Assembly: GCA_963727445.1 (NCBI GenBank) | Contig: CAVSGI010000020.1 | Span: 672,001 to 736,000 of the forward strand | Length of the DNA stretch: 64,000 nt | Origin: an uncultured delta proteobacterium | GTDB lineage: Bacteria; Myxococcota_A; Polyangia; Polyangiales; B10-G4 | Direction of reading: 5' to 3' | Shown: positions 31,903 through 40,983 of the stretch, in pieces | Layout: each line of letters opens with the position of its first letter | Position numbering within the stretch: position 1 is the stretch's first letter | Made by a program: the position numbers and the translations under genes | The notes under the pieces: model-generated | The model's database searches: none | Seen by the model: the letters and a program-made list of their open reading frames with translations, nothing else | Told to the model about the DNA's origin: nothing

Positions 31903-33046
31903 AGACCCTGGACACAGCGCTGGTCGTGGTCCGCGAGCAGCTCGCGGAGGCGAAGGCGGCTCGAAAGCGCCACGCCTGCGGCTGTCTTCACTCCACCGTC
32001 GGTGCCCTCGCCGCGACCTCCATCGCAGCCGATATCGGCGCGGCGCTCGAGGCCGCGCGGCAGGTGTTCGCGCCCAAGAGGTACGACTGCCTCGGTTGCG
32101 CGTGTGCTTCCCCGCGATCGCCGCGAACGCGTTCGCAGAGGCGCGTCCGAGCGAGGCGGGCGATCCCGATCTCTGCCCGACCGAGGGCCCCGAGGTGCGC
32201 GAAGGATGGCCGGCGCTCGCCGGGGACTACCGCGTGGTGCGCTACCAGGCCCCTGTCGCGGTCTGCGCGCTCAACAGCGGGGCCGTGGCGACCGCGCTGG
32301 CGGAGCGCGCGCCCGAGGGGCTGTCGATCGTCGGAACGATGCACACGGAGAACCTCGGCATCGAGCGCGTGATCAGGAACGTGCTCGACGATCCCCACAT
32401 CCGTTTCCTCGTCGTCTGCGGCGAAGACACGCAGAAGGCCGTCGGGCATCTCCCCGGTCAGTCCATTTCGCGCTCGGCGCGAACGGGATCGACGAAGGCA
32501 TGCGGATCGTCGGTGCGCAGGGGAAGCGGCCCGTGCTCAAGAACGTCGCGCGCGAGGACGTCGAGGCGTTCCGCGCGCGCGTGACGCTGGTCGACGCCAT
32601 CGGCGTCACGGAGCTCGAGCGCCTCCTGGAGATCGTCGGTGACTGTGCGGCGCGCGATCCCGGACCCGCCCCGGCGCACGCGACCTCTTCCAGCGTCGCG
32701 CACGTCGAGACGCGCGCGCCCTCGCGCCTCGTGCGTGACCCGGCGGGCTTCCTGGTCGTGTACCCCGATACGCGGCGGGAGCGACTCGTCGTCGAGCACT
32801 ACACGAACGCCGGCGTCCTCGACGTGGTGCTCGCGGGGCGTGCGCCTGCCGATCTCTACGCCGAGATTCATCGCTCGCGGGCTCTTGTCGCGCCTCGACC
32901 ACGCGGCATATCTGGGACGCGAGCTCGCCCGCGCGGAGAGCTCGCTCGAAACCGGTGAGCCCTTCGTCCAGGACCGCGCGGCGGGCGAAGAGGACCCGTC
33001 GCACGCCGCGGATGAAGGTGCGCCCCCGTGCGGGTGTGGCACCTAG
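31899..33046 (+). CDS. Cys-rich N-domain + MtrA-like corrinoid-binding domain + DUF4346; three frameshifts (about 32100, 32467, 32867)
   Basis: Stitched reading: HACGC..YDCLGC/VCFP..LCP; '[52 protein letters not shown]'; 'DPAGF..VEHY../[17 protein letters not shown]'; ends PCGCGT; ATGA overlap with acr3. Confidence 0.8.
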
Positions 33047-33237
33047 TGTGCCGAGTGAGATGAAACGAGGCTGGCAGACATCACGGCGCTCGCCAGCACT
33101 TTCGTCGCCCTCGTCGGGCGGCGCGAGCGGTACGGGGACGCGTGCGCGTCGAGCATCGACGTCAGGCCACGGGCGCCGGCGTGGTGACCCGCGAGCCCCT
33201 CGGTGACGTCTCGGGGCTCGCGCCTCAGGCTGGTGGG

Positions 33238-33949
33238 ATGTCGTCGGCGCTGGGGCTCCTCTGCGTTCTCTCGCTGACCGCGTGTGCGACCACCTCCTCG
33301 GCGACCCGTCGCGAGCCGCAGGCCCCTGCCGCCGCTGCCGATCCCGATGCCGATGCCATTCCGAGCGCCGACGACCTCTGCCCTGACCATCCGGAGGACC
33401 GGGACGGCTTCGAAGATGCGGACGGCTGCCCCGATTTCGACAACGACCGGGACCGCATCGTGGACGCCGAGGACGTGTGTCCGAACGACGCGGAGACCTA
33501 CAACGGGACCGACGACGACGACGGCTGCCCGGACCACACCGCGGTTCAGGTTCGAGGCGAGCCGCCCATCGTCGAGCGGATCTACTTCCGGGCGGAGTCC
33601 GCCGAGATCCCTGCCACGAGCGAGCCCATCCTCGACTACGTTGCCGCCGCCCTCGACGCCGACCCCGACATCACGACGGTCGCGATCGTCGGCCATGCCA
33701 GCGCCGACGAGCACCCGCCGGCGACCCTCGGACGAAAGCGCGCGCGGGCCGTGCTCGACGCGCTCGTCGCCCGCGGCGTCGCCGAAGCGCGGCTCACGGT
33801 CCTGAACGCGGCCGCCCCGCGACCCCATGGGCAATCCGGCGACCCCCGAAGGCCGAGCGCGCAACCGACGCGCGACCTTCCACATCCTGCGACGCCACGG
33901 GCAGGAGGTGAGTCGCTGGGACGGCACGCGCGTCGTGCCAGCGGAGTAG
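33238..33949 (+). CDS. OmpA-family lipoprotein with thrombospondin type-3 (Ca-binding) repeats; frameshift about 33825
   Basis: Lipobox LTAC; 'DLCPDHPEDRDGFEDADGCPD'; 'IVGHAS..LGRKRARAV'; 'EGRARNRRATF' continues in the shifted frame. Confidence 0.8.
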
Positions 33950-34329
33950 TGCATCGGTGCGCATGTCCGATGCGCTCGGTGTTCGACTCGTCGAGGATTT
34001 GCGCCGCTGCCGAGGCGTCGCGGGCGCTGTGCTCCGGCGGTGGGCGCGCACCGATGAGTCGCGCCCCGTCGTTGATGCACAGCGTCTGGCCGTCGGAGGA
34101 AAAGACACCTCGAGCGTGGTGTTCCCTTCGAGGGCCGAAAGGTAAACCATGGCAGGCGAACCGAAGCGCCACAGCGGGGAGGCCGCGTCGTCCGGTCCTA
34201 TGAGCCGGGGAGAGCTGGGCGTTCTGCTACGCCGATGAAGACGTGCTCGAAGAGCTCCCCGCGCTATCGGGCGAGGCTGCGCCGAGGCACTTCGGGCCTC
34301 GCTGACGCGCATTCCGCGGCTCAGACGCG

Positions 34330-34505
34330 TCGCGGCCTGGAGACGATGCCGACGCCGGCCCGGCGTGCCCACGCTCTCCGAGCGTCGCCTCCACAGCGCG
34401 CCAATCGTGGACCGCCTCGGCCACGAGCTCCTGCATCGCACTCGTCGCATCCGCTTCGGCGCGCGCATCACGGCACTTCTCGATGAACCGCTCGAGATAA
34501 ACCCC
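34330..34505 (-). pseudogene. N-terminal remnant, possibly of a cupin/cysteine-dioxygenase-like gene
   Basis: 'YLERFIEKCRDA..AMQELVAEAVHD..VEATLGE' then degenerates. Confidence 0.3.
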
Positions 34506-34579
34506 ACGAACCGAGGGGTAACACGCCGTCTCGCGGGCGGACCTGGGGTGCCCTTTTGGGGACTGAGGCCCGAGCGATT

Positions 34580-35182
34580 CCACGGGAAGTCGCCGCCGCT
34601 CGCACCTGATCCGGAAGACCGCGAGGACGAGTCCCGTGAGTGCACCGAAGTCACGTCCCGAGGTGGATGGCCCATACGGCGCCAATCTCACTGGGATCGC
34701 GACTTGCCGCCGCATCGATTGAGAGGCCGTGGACCCACGGATCGGGCCTCAGCAGGGCGGCCACGCCGAGTACGCTCGCGAGGAAGGGGGATGCGAGAAG
34801 CGGCCACAGAAGATGGAGAGCAAGGCGCGAATAGGGGAGTTGTGGCATGCGTCTGGAAGGGTTGTTGGCCACGAGCAGCACCAGGCCCACGACGAGCCCT
34901 GCGGTCCAGCCCGCCATCAACGCGAGCTTCGCTACCTGCGGAAAAAAGGAAGCGGCCCGCACACCCTTGATGACGCGAAAGTAGTCGTGGCTGAAGGAGT
35001 ACGTCGCCGCGTGGTGAAGCAGTCCGTAGACGCTCGCCGCACCGGTGACGCCGAAGAGAAAGGCGTACTCCTTCAGTCGCCTGGGGTTCCGCGGGTTCCG
35101 GATCGGATCGATGGCACCCAGCAGCCCCGAAGACCGAGAGGCCGAACGCGACGCGAAGCGGAAAAGTCGGGTCGTCCACCAC
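34580..35182 (-). pseudogene. membrane protein gene with at least two frameshifts
   Basis: 'FPLRVAFGLSVFG/LLGAID..LKEYAFLF..GWTAGLVVGLVLLVANNP..WAIHLGT/FGALTGLVLAVF' spread over three frames. Confidence 0.5.
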
Positions 35183-35402
35183 GGGGCCAGTCGCCAGCGC
35201 GATGCCACAGTCGTGGCCCAGCTCGCTTGCCTCGAATGGAAAGCGCTCGGGCTCGATCGCGTCTGTTCCGGGATGGACAGAGTGACGCGGCGGCGCGGTC
35301 GTGTTCGCCAGATTGGCGGGGTGACGAACGTCGCGTGTAGCGCTCGGTCATTTCTGCAAATAAACGATACAAACAAATGCAATTGATCGCTTGAGCCGGG
35401 TG

Positions 35403-35418
35403 CTGAACGTGTCATCAG
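35403..35418. promoter_or_regulatory. possible LexA-type operator (CTGA-N8-TCAG)
   Basis: CTGAACGTGTCATCAG, 6 nt before ATG 35425; partial match to the Myxococcus LexA box (GTTCAG half on the minus strand). Confidence 0.35.
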
Positions 35419-35424
35419 TGGAGA

Positions 35425-36556
35425 ATGACGGAATTCCCCAGCGAGCCCGCGTCATCTGATCGTCCACGAGCAGCTTCTCGGGATGGCGAAAGCCCAGTCC
35501 GAGCTGGACCACGCGCAGCTCGAATGGATCGTGGAAGGAGAGGCGCTCGCGCTTCATCGGCGATTCGGATACGCATCCTATCGGGAATATTTAGGGCGAT
35601 TGTTCGGGTGGTCTCCACACACTGCCGAGGAGCGTCTGCGGACCGCCAAGAACCTCGTGGAGCTGCCCCTGCTGCGCGAGGCCCCCTCGGCGATGGCGGC
35701 GCTGAAAGAGGCCAAGCGCCTGGCGACCAAGGAGGTCGGACACAGCCTCAGTGACGACGAGCTGGTGGAGCTCCTCTGTCGGCGTTTCACCGGCGGGCCG
35801 AACGATGAAGGAAGGAGCCCCTATCAGGTCGTCATCCACCGATGCCCCGAATGCCAGGTCGTCACCCAGCAAGCGGGGCCGGAGGAGATCGTTCTCGACG
35901 ACGCGGCGGCGGCTCGTGCCCACTACAACGCGCAAATCGTCGACCTACGTCACACCGATGCCGTTCGCTCCCACGTGGGAGGTGACCGGGCGCGGGATCG
36001 CTCCCACGTGGGAGGTGGCGCGGCAGAGGATCGCTCCCACGTGGGAGCGGAACCCACTCGCTCCCGTGCGCTTCAGACCATCCCACCCGCGGTCCGACGG
36101 AAGGTGTTGGCGCGCCATCGCGGAAAGTGCGCGGCGCCCGGCTGCGAGTGCAGCGTTTACCTCGAGCTACACCACCTGGACCTCGTGTCCGAGGGCGGCA
36201 CGCACGACCCGGAGCGGCTCCTTCCGCTCTGCTTCTCCCATCACCGGGCGTTTCACGAGGGCCGGCTGCTCATCGGGGGGAGGGCGAGCTCCGGTTTCTC
36301 CTTCCGACACGCCGATGGCGCTCCCTATGGAGGTTGCCCATCACCGAGAGCACAGGACGCGTTCAGCGCCGTCCATCGCGCGCTGGTGAAGATGGGCTTC
36401 AGGGATCGCGAAGCCCGCGCCGTGTTGGAACGGTGTCGCGAGACGACGAGTGACGAGACCGTGGAAGGCCTGCTGCGAACGGCGCTCTCTCGGATGGAGG
36501 TTCCCGGTGTTTGCGAAGCGGAGGTGATGTATCTGCCGGTTCGGGGGACGGGGTAG
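35425..36556 (+). CDS. HNH endonuclease with DUF222-like N-terminus and RuvA-C-like tail; likely frameshift near the 5' end (intact frame from 35483)
   Basis: 'IPPAVRRKVLARHRGKCAAPGC..LELHH..GGTHDPERLLPLCFSHHRAFHEG'; 'ALVKMGFRDREARAVLE'. Confidence 0.85.
35968..36049. repeat. three copies of the 14-bp palindrome CTCCCACGTGGGAG at 33-bp period inside the HNH gene
   Basis: Copies at 35968, 36001, 36034; the third extends to 18 bp CGCTCCCACGTGGGAGCG; encodes RSHVG repeats. Confidence 0.95.
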
Positions 36557-36658
36557 GCTCGCAGGGCCCGAGAACGAGGAGCTCCGAATGCTGGTCGTAT
36601 TTGTCGCGAAAGTCAGGGGGCGTCTAGCGCATGCGATTGTGAGTCCTAGACTCGCCGC

Positions 36659-37217
36659 ATGGGACTTTTGACCTTCAGCATCAACGTCACCCTGGACGGC
36701 TGCGTCGACCACCAGGAGGGAATCGCCGACGACGAGACGCACGCCTTCTTCACCCGCCTCATGGATGAGAGCGGGGCGATGCTGTGGGGGCGGGTCACCT
36801 ACGAGATGATGGAGAGCTACTGGCCGGCGGTCGCCCGCGGCGACGCGGAGGCGCCACCCGCGATGCGCGAGTGGGCGGTCAAGCTCGAGGCGAAGCCGAA
36901 GTACGTGGTGTCGTCGACGCGCGAGGAATTCCCGTGGACCAACACTCACCACATTGCCGGCGATCTGCGCGAGGGCGTGCAGAAGCTCAAGGACGCGACC
37001 CCGGCCGGCGTCCTCCTCGGAAGCGGCAAGCTCGCGACCGAGCTCGACCGACTCGATCTGATCGACGAGTACAGCTTCCTCGTCCATCCCCGGATCGTCG
37101 GCCACGGCCCGACGCTCTACCAGGGCGGGCTGCCCAGCACGCGGACAGCTCGAGCTGCTCTCGGCGAAGCCGCTTCAGAACGGCGCGGTCGCCATGCACT
37201 ACCGGCGCGCGCGGTGA
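36659..37217 (+). CDS. dihydrofolate reductase/RibD C-terminal family protein; frameshift about 37145
   Basis: 'NVTLDG','LWGRVTYEMM','PKYVVS','LIDEY..VHP..GHGPTL', then 'LELLSAKPLQNGAVAMHY' in the shifted frame. Confidence 0.85.
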
Positions 37218-37228
37218 GTCCGCAGTCG

Positions 37229-37699
37229 CTACTTGCCCCAGAAATCGGCGATCGCGCGCTCGATGCGCTTCCGTTCGAACTCGAACTCGGGATCTTCGAC
37301 GAGGAGGGAGAGGAACTCGCAGACGGCGTGGCGCTGTGCCGCGGATAGCAGCCCGTACTGCTTCATCCGGTACTCGTCGAGGTCGATGAGTGGAAAGACG
37401 ACGCAGTGAAAGATCGTCCCCTCGAGCTCGGCGACTAGATATGCGGGGAGGTGGAAGCGCATGCCCTCGGCGTCGAAGAAGCTCAGGCTGCTGCTGCAGC
37501 GCTCGAGGTCCTTCGCGGGGATCGCGGACCAACGGTCCTTCTCGTCCGCTTCTCGGTACGCCTCGACCGTTTCTCTCGTCTCGTAGTCGTCGAGCCCCTG
37601 CGCCTGTCGAAGCCCGATCCCATCGCCCAGGCGAACATCAGCAAACGCCGATCGGACGAGCTCCACCACCCGCTCTCGCTCCGCATCCATCTCAGTCAT
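37229..37699 (-). CDS. hypothetical protein (DUF6714-like)
   Basis: 'SAFADVRLGDGIGL..LDDY','LSFFDAEGMRFHLPAY'. Confidence 0.7.
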   Translation of the reverse strand: MTEMDAERERVVELVRSAFADVRLGDGIGLRQAQGLDDYETRETVEAYREADEKDRWSAIPAKDLERCSSSLSFFDAEGMRFHLPAYLVAELEGTIFHCVVFPLIDLDEYRMKQYGLLSAAQRHAVCEFLSLLVEDPEFEFERKRIERAIADFWGK

Positions 37700-37785
37700 C
37701 GGATTCGTGGCAAACGACTTCGATGTCGTGCCCGTCCGGGCCAACCACGAAGGCCGCATAGTATCTGCCGCTGTAGTTGCGCGAC
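37692..37785 (-). pseudogene. C-terminal remnant of a VOC-family gene
   Basis: Reads 'NYSGRYYAAFVVGPDGHDIEVVCHESDD*' with no N-terminal part before the tRNA terminator. Confidence 0.65.
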
Positions 37786-37815
37786 GACTTGGTCAAACAC
37801 GATGCCCAAGACGCG

Positions 37816-37853
37816 AAGACGGCGCCTCATGCTCTTGCGTGGGCGCCGCCTCT
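37816..37853 (-). terminator. hairpin downstream of the tRNA
   Basis: Imperfect inverted repeat GACGGCGCCTCATGC / GCGTGGGCGCCGCC. Confidence 0.55.
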
Positions 37854-37929
37854 TGGCTCCGGATGCTGGACTCGAACCAGCGACAAATCGGTTAACAGCC
37901 GATCGCTCTACCAACTGAGCTAATCCGGA
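37854..37929 (-). tRNA. tRNA-Asn(GTT)
   Basis: 76 nt TCCGGATTAGCTCAGTTGGTAGAGCGATCGGCT-GTT-AACCGATTTGTCGCTGGTTCGAGTCCAGCATCCGGAGCCA; encoded CCA. Confidence 0.98.
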
Positions 37930-38065
37930 AAATGGACTGCGGAAGTTAGCCTTGGATGGCGGGATGTCAAGGATGGGACAGGGGGGCGAAACCAGCGGGA
38001 ATTTCGGGGTGCTTGGCGCGCGCGAGGCGCGGCGCGCTGGCCCGGCGACGGGGGGGCGGTCGCGA

Positions 38066-38335
38066 CTCGGAGGGTTGGGGGCGACGATGGGGGTTGTGAC
38101 CGCATGGCGGTCACAAGTCGGAGGGTTGGGGGCGACGATGGGAGTTGTGACCGCATGGCGGTCACAAGTCGGAGGGTTGGGGGCGACGATGGGAGTTGTG
38201 ACCGCATGGCGGTCACAAGTCGGGGGTTGGGGGCGACGATGGGGGTTGTGACCGCATGGCGGTCGTAAGTCGGGGGGTTGGGGGCGACGCTGGGAGTTGT
38301 GACCGCATGGGGGTCAATGGGAGATGTGACCGCCT
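38066..38335. repeat. tandem array, about 5 x 51 bp, each unit with a hairpin TTGTGACCGC-ATG-GCGGTCACAA plus a G-rich constant linker
   Basis: Palindrome starts at 38094, 38145, 38196, 38246, 38297; linker GTCGGAGGGTTGGGGGCGACGATGGGAG nearly invariant; decays at both ends. Confidence 0.95.
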
Positions 38336-38441
38336 GCGCTGGGGCTGACGCTTCGGGGGGCCGAGAGCCCCCGCGGAGTGGCGCCTCGAGTAGCCTCTCA
38401 GGCGTCGAAATCATGCGCGTTTCGGCCCGCTGCTTGGAGGC

Positions 38442-39983
38442 ATGGACCTTGTAACGTCGGCCCATGTGGCCTCCCACCTCCCCACCTCCCTGACCCTGCT
38501 GCTCCTGCTGCTTCTGGCCGGCTGCGGGATTGATGAGGGCCGCGACAGCGCGGTGGTGCGGGACGAAGGGCCGGACCTCCTCTACCGCGACTTCATCGAC
38601 GGCAAGATGGACGGGGCGGGTCATCCCATCGGCGCGACCGTCTTCGAAGGCGAGAGCGATTGCGCGCCCGGCACCGGATGGCCGGCGCAGGACCACCTCG
38701 AGCTCGACAGCCGCCTCGATGACCCCGGCCGCGCCTGTGAAGGCGAGACGCCCGAGCTCGGTCGCGGCCCCTACGTCGTGAACCTTCGCGCGGCGCTCAC
38801 GACCGCTTGCGACGACGGCGAGTGCGGGCCGCTCCTCGAGGCTCGCGCGATTGGCGCCTCGGGCGAGGTGCTGGGAAGCGCCTCCTTCGAGAGCGCGGAC
38901 TTCGAGGAGGCGCTCTCGTATCAGAACCTGCCGCTCCAGTTCCGCCTGCAGCAGCCCCAAACGGTGCGCATCGAAGTCGACTTCGACGGCTCCGGCGCCG
39001 TGATGCTCGACTACGTCGAGGTCTTCCGCCAGGGGCGCCAGCTGGTGCTCTCACCGCCCTCGGGCGTGCTCGAGCCGGGCAGCGATCTCCGCATCGAAAT
39101 CGTCGACCCGCCCGACAACCACGCGCTCCAGGTGCGCTGCGACGACGTCCCGCTCGACGACACCTTCTCGGCGATGCTCGCCGACGGAAGCGCGCGCGAG
39201 GAGCTCACCGACTTCCGCCGCATCCTGACGGTGCCCACCGATCAGCTCCTCGCCGCGTGCGCCGAGGCGACGCAGGTCGTGGTGGAGCTGCGCGCCGGCA
39301 CCTATACGGCCGCGACCAGCGAGCTCCGCTATACCTCCGAGCCCACGCCCTGCGCCTACGAGGGCGACGGCGAGACGAAGGTGCTGATCACGGGCTTCGT
39401 TCCGTTCCCGGCCGGCGCCGATCAAGCGAACAGCTCGATGGAGGGCGTGCTCGCCTTCGACCCGCTCTCGGTGCCCGAAGCCAGCGTCATGAAGATGATC
39501 ATCCCGGTGGAGTTCATGTCCGCGCCCGGCCTCGTCGAGGACGCCATCGCCCGCTGCGCGCCGGACGTGGTGGTGGGCTTCGGTCAGGGGCGCAATCGCG
39601 TCGACCTCGAGCGCACGGGCTACAACCGCCGCGACACCTCCGACGTCGCCGGCGGCTTCCCCGACAACCGCGGCCTGGTCGTCGAGCCCGCCCCCATCCG
39701 CGACGACGGCCCCGACGTCTTCTCGAGCGAGCTGCCCATCGACGAGATTGAGGCCGACCTGGTCGCGGCCGGCATCAGCGTCGGCCAGAGCGACGATCCG
39801 GGACGCTACGTCTGTAACGATCACCTCTACACCGTCGGCACGGGCACCGACGCCGAGCACCTGACCACCGGCTTCGTCCACATGCCCTACATGCGCTACG
39901 TCGACGCGCAGAGCCGCCAAGAGCTCGCGACCGTCGTCGAGACGGTGGTGCGCCGCACCGCCGAAGCACACGTCAGCCGCTGA
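38442..39983 (+). CDS. lipoprotein with C-terminal pyroglutamyl-peptidase I (C15) domain
   Basis: Lipobox LAGC; 'VLITGFVPF','DLERTGYN','GRYVCN','GFVHMP'; start may be GTG 38466. Confidence 0.88.
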   Translation: MDLVTSAHVASHLPTSLTLLLLLLLAGCGIDEGRDSAVVRDEGPDLLYRDFIDGKMDGAGHPIGATVFEGESDCAPGTGWPAQDHLELDSRLDDPGRACEGETPELGRGPYVVNLRAALTTACDDGECGPLLEARAIGASGEVLGSASFESADFEEALSYQNLPLQFRLQQPQTVRIEVDFDGSGAVMLDYVEVFRQGRQLVLSPPSGVLEPGSDLRIEIVDPPDNHALQVRCDDVPLDDTFSAMLADGSAREELTDFRRILTVPTDQLLAACAEATQVVVELRAGTYTAATSELRYTSEPTPCAYEGDGETKVLITGFVPFPAGADQANSSMEGVLAFDPLSVPEASVMKMIIPVEFMSAPGLVEDAIARCAPDVVVGFGQGRNRVDLERTGYNRRDTSDVAGGFPDNRGLVVEPAPIRDDGPDVFSSELPIDEIEADLVAAGISVGQSDDPGRYVCNDHLYTVGTGTDAEHLTTGFVHMPYMRYVDAQSRQELATVVETVVRRTAEAHVSR

Positions 39984-39984
39984 C

Positions 39985-40983
39985 TCACACGAAGGCCGCG
40001 ACGCGCTCGAGGACGAAATACATCGAAGCGGCGCCCATCACGTAGACCGCGAAGAGCCGCGCGCGGGCGACGTCCGGCGCGCGGAGCGCCCGCGCGGACA
40101 CGAGCGTGAGCAGCAGCACCGCGCCGACGAAGAGGAGCTGGCCGACCTCCACGCCGACGTTGAAGGCGAAGAGCGCGGTCAGCGCGTCGTCGCGCGGCAG
40201 GCCGACGTCGGCGAGGGCGCCCGCGAAGCCGAGGCCGTGGACCAGGCCGAAGCCGCCCGCGACCACGCCCGGGTAGCGCCGGGTCAGCGTGGGGGGCGCG
40301 CCGCTCATGGTGAGCTCCACGGCCAAGAGCAGGATCGACAGCGCGATGATCGCCTCGGCGGCGCCCGTCGCGATGGGGACGAAGCCGAGGGTCGCGAGGC
40401 CGAGGGTCGCCGAGTGGCCGACGGTGAAAGAGGTGATGGTCAGGATCAGGGCGCGCCGCCGATGGCGCAGGAGCAGCAACAGCCCGAGGACGAAGAGCAG
40501 GTGGTCGATCCCCGTCAGGATGTGCTCGACGCCGAGGGCGGCGTACGCCGCGAAGACCGAGCCCCCGAGGCGCGCGCCGTCTTCGAGGCGCACGGTCGGG
40601 GTGGCGCTGTCGAGGATGGCGAGCTCGGTCTCGCCGTTTTCGTGGACGACGCGGAGCGACATGGAGAGGTCGGGGCCGATGCCGCTCGCGCCGAGCTCGC
40701 CGACCAGCGGAGAGGGGCAGTGCGCGACGAAGCGCCGGTCGAAGCCGCGGGTGCCTTCCTCCCATGTGGGCGGAGACGTCTCCTCGCATCCTTCGGGGAG
40801 CACGGCCTCCACCGCCTCGGCCCGCTCGCGGCTGCCGCTCACGCGCAAGAGCACGTCCCAGTCGCCGTCCGCGCGCGCCTCGAGTTGCAGCACCCCGAAG
40901 CCCACGGGATGCGCTGACGCGAGGGAAGGCAGGGCGAGCCACGCGAGGGCGAAGGCCGCGGCGAACCCGCGAACACGACTCAT
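39985..40983 (-). CDS. HupE/UreJ family protein
   Basis: 'GVEHILTGIDHLLF','SFTVGHSATL','FGLVHGLGFA','FNVGVEVGQ'. Confidence 0.93.
   Translation of the reverse strand: MSRVRGFAAAFALAWLALPSLASAHPVGFGVLQLEARADGDWDVLLRVSGSRERAEAVEAVLPEGCEETSPPTWEEGTRGFDRRFVAHCPSPLVGELGASGIGPDLSMSLRVVHENGETELAILDSATPTVRLEDGARLGGSVFAAYAALGVEHILTGIDHLLFVLGLLLLLRHRRRALILTITSFTVGHSATLGLATLGFVPIATGAAEAIIALSILLLAVELTMSGAPPTLTRRYPGVVAGGFGLVHGLGFAGALADVGLPRDDALTALFAFNVGVEVGQLLFVGAVLLLTLVSARALRAPDVARARLFAVYVMGAASMYFVLERVAAFV

Noticed and set aside
31899..33046. Methanogenesis/Mtr complex or hgcA mercury methylase
   Set aside because: No other mtr subunits; lacks the HgcA cap-helix N(V/I)WCA motif and TM region
35968..36049. 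Mini-CRISPR inside the HNH gene
   Set aside because: 14-bp repeats with 19-bp gaps are too short, in frame within a CDS, and the gaps are related to each other
38094..38116. CRP/FNR-type site (TGTGA...TCACA)
   Set aside because: Half-sites are 11 bp apart, not 6
38066..38335. CRISPR array
   Set aside because: The 28-bp 'spacers' are near-identical to each other and there are no cas genes in the window
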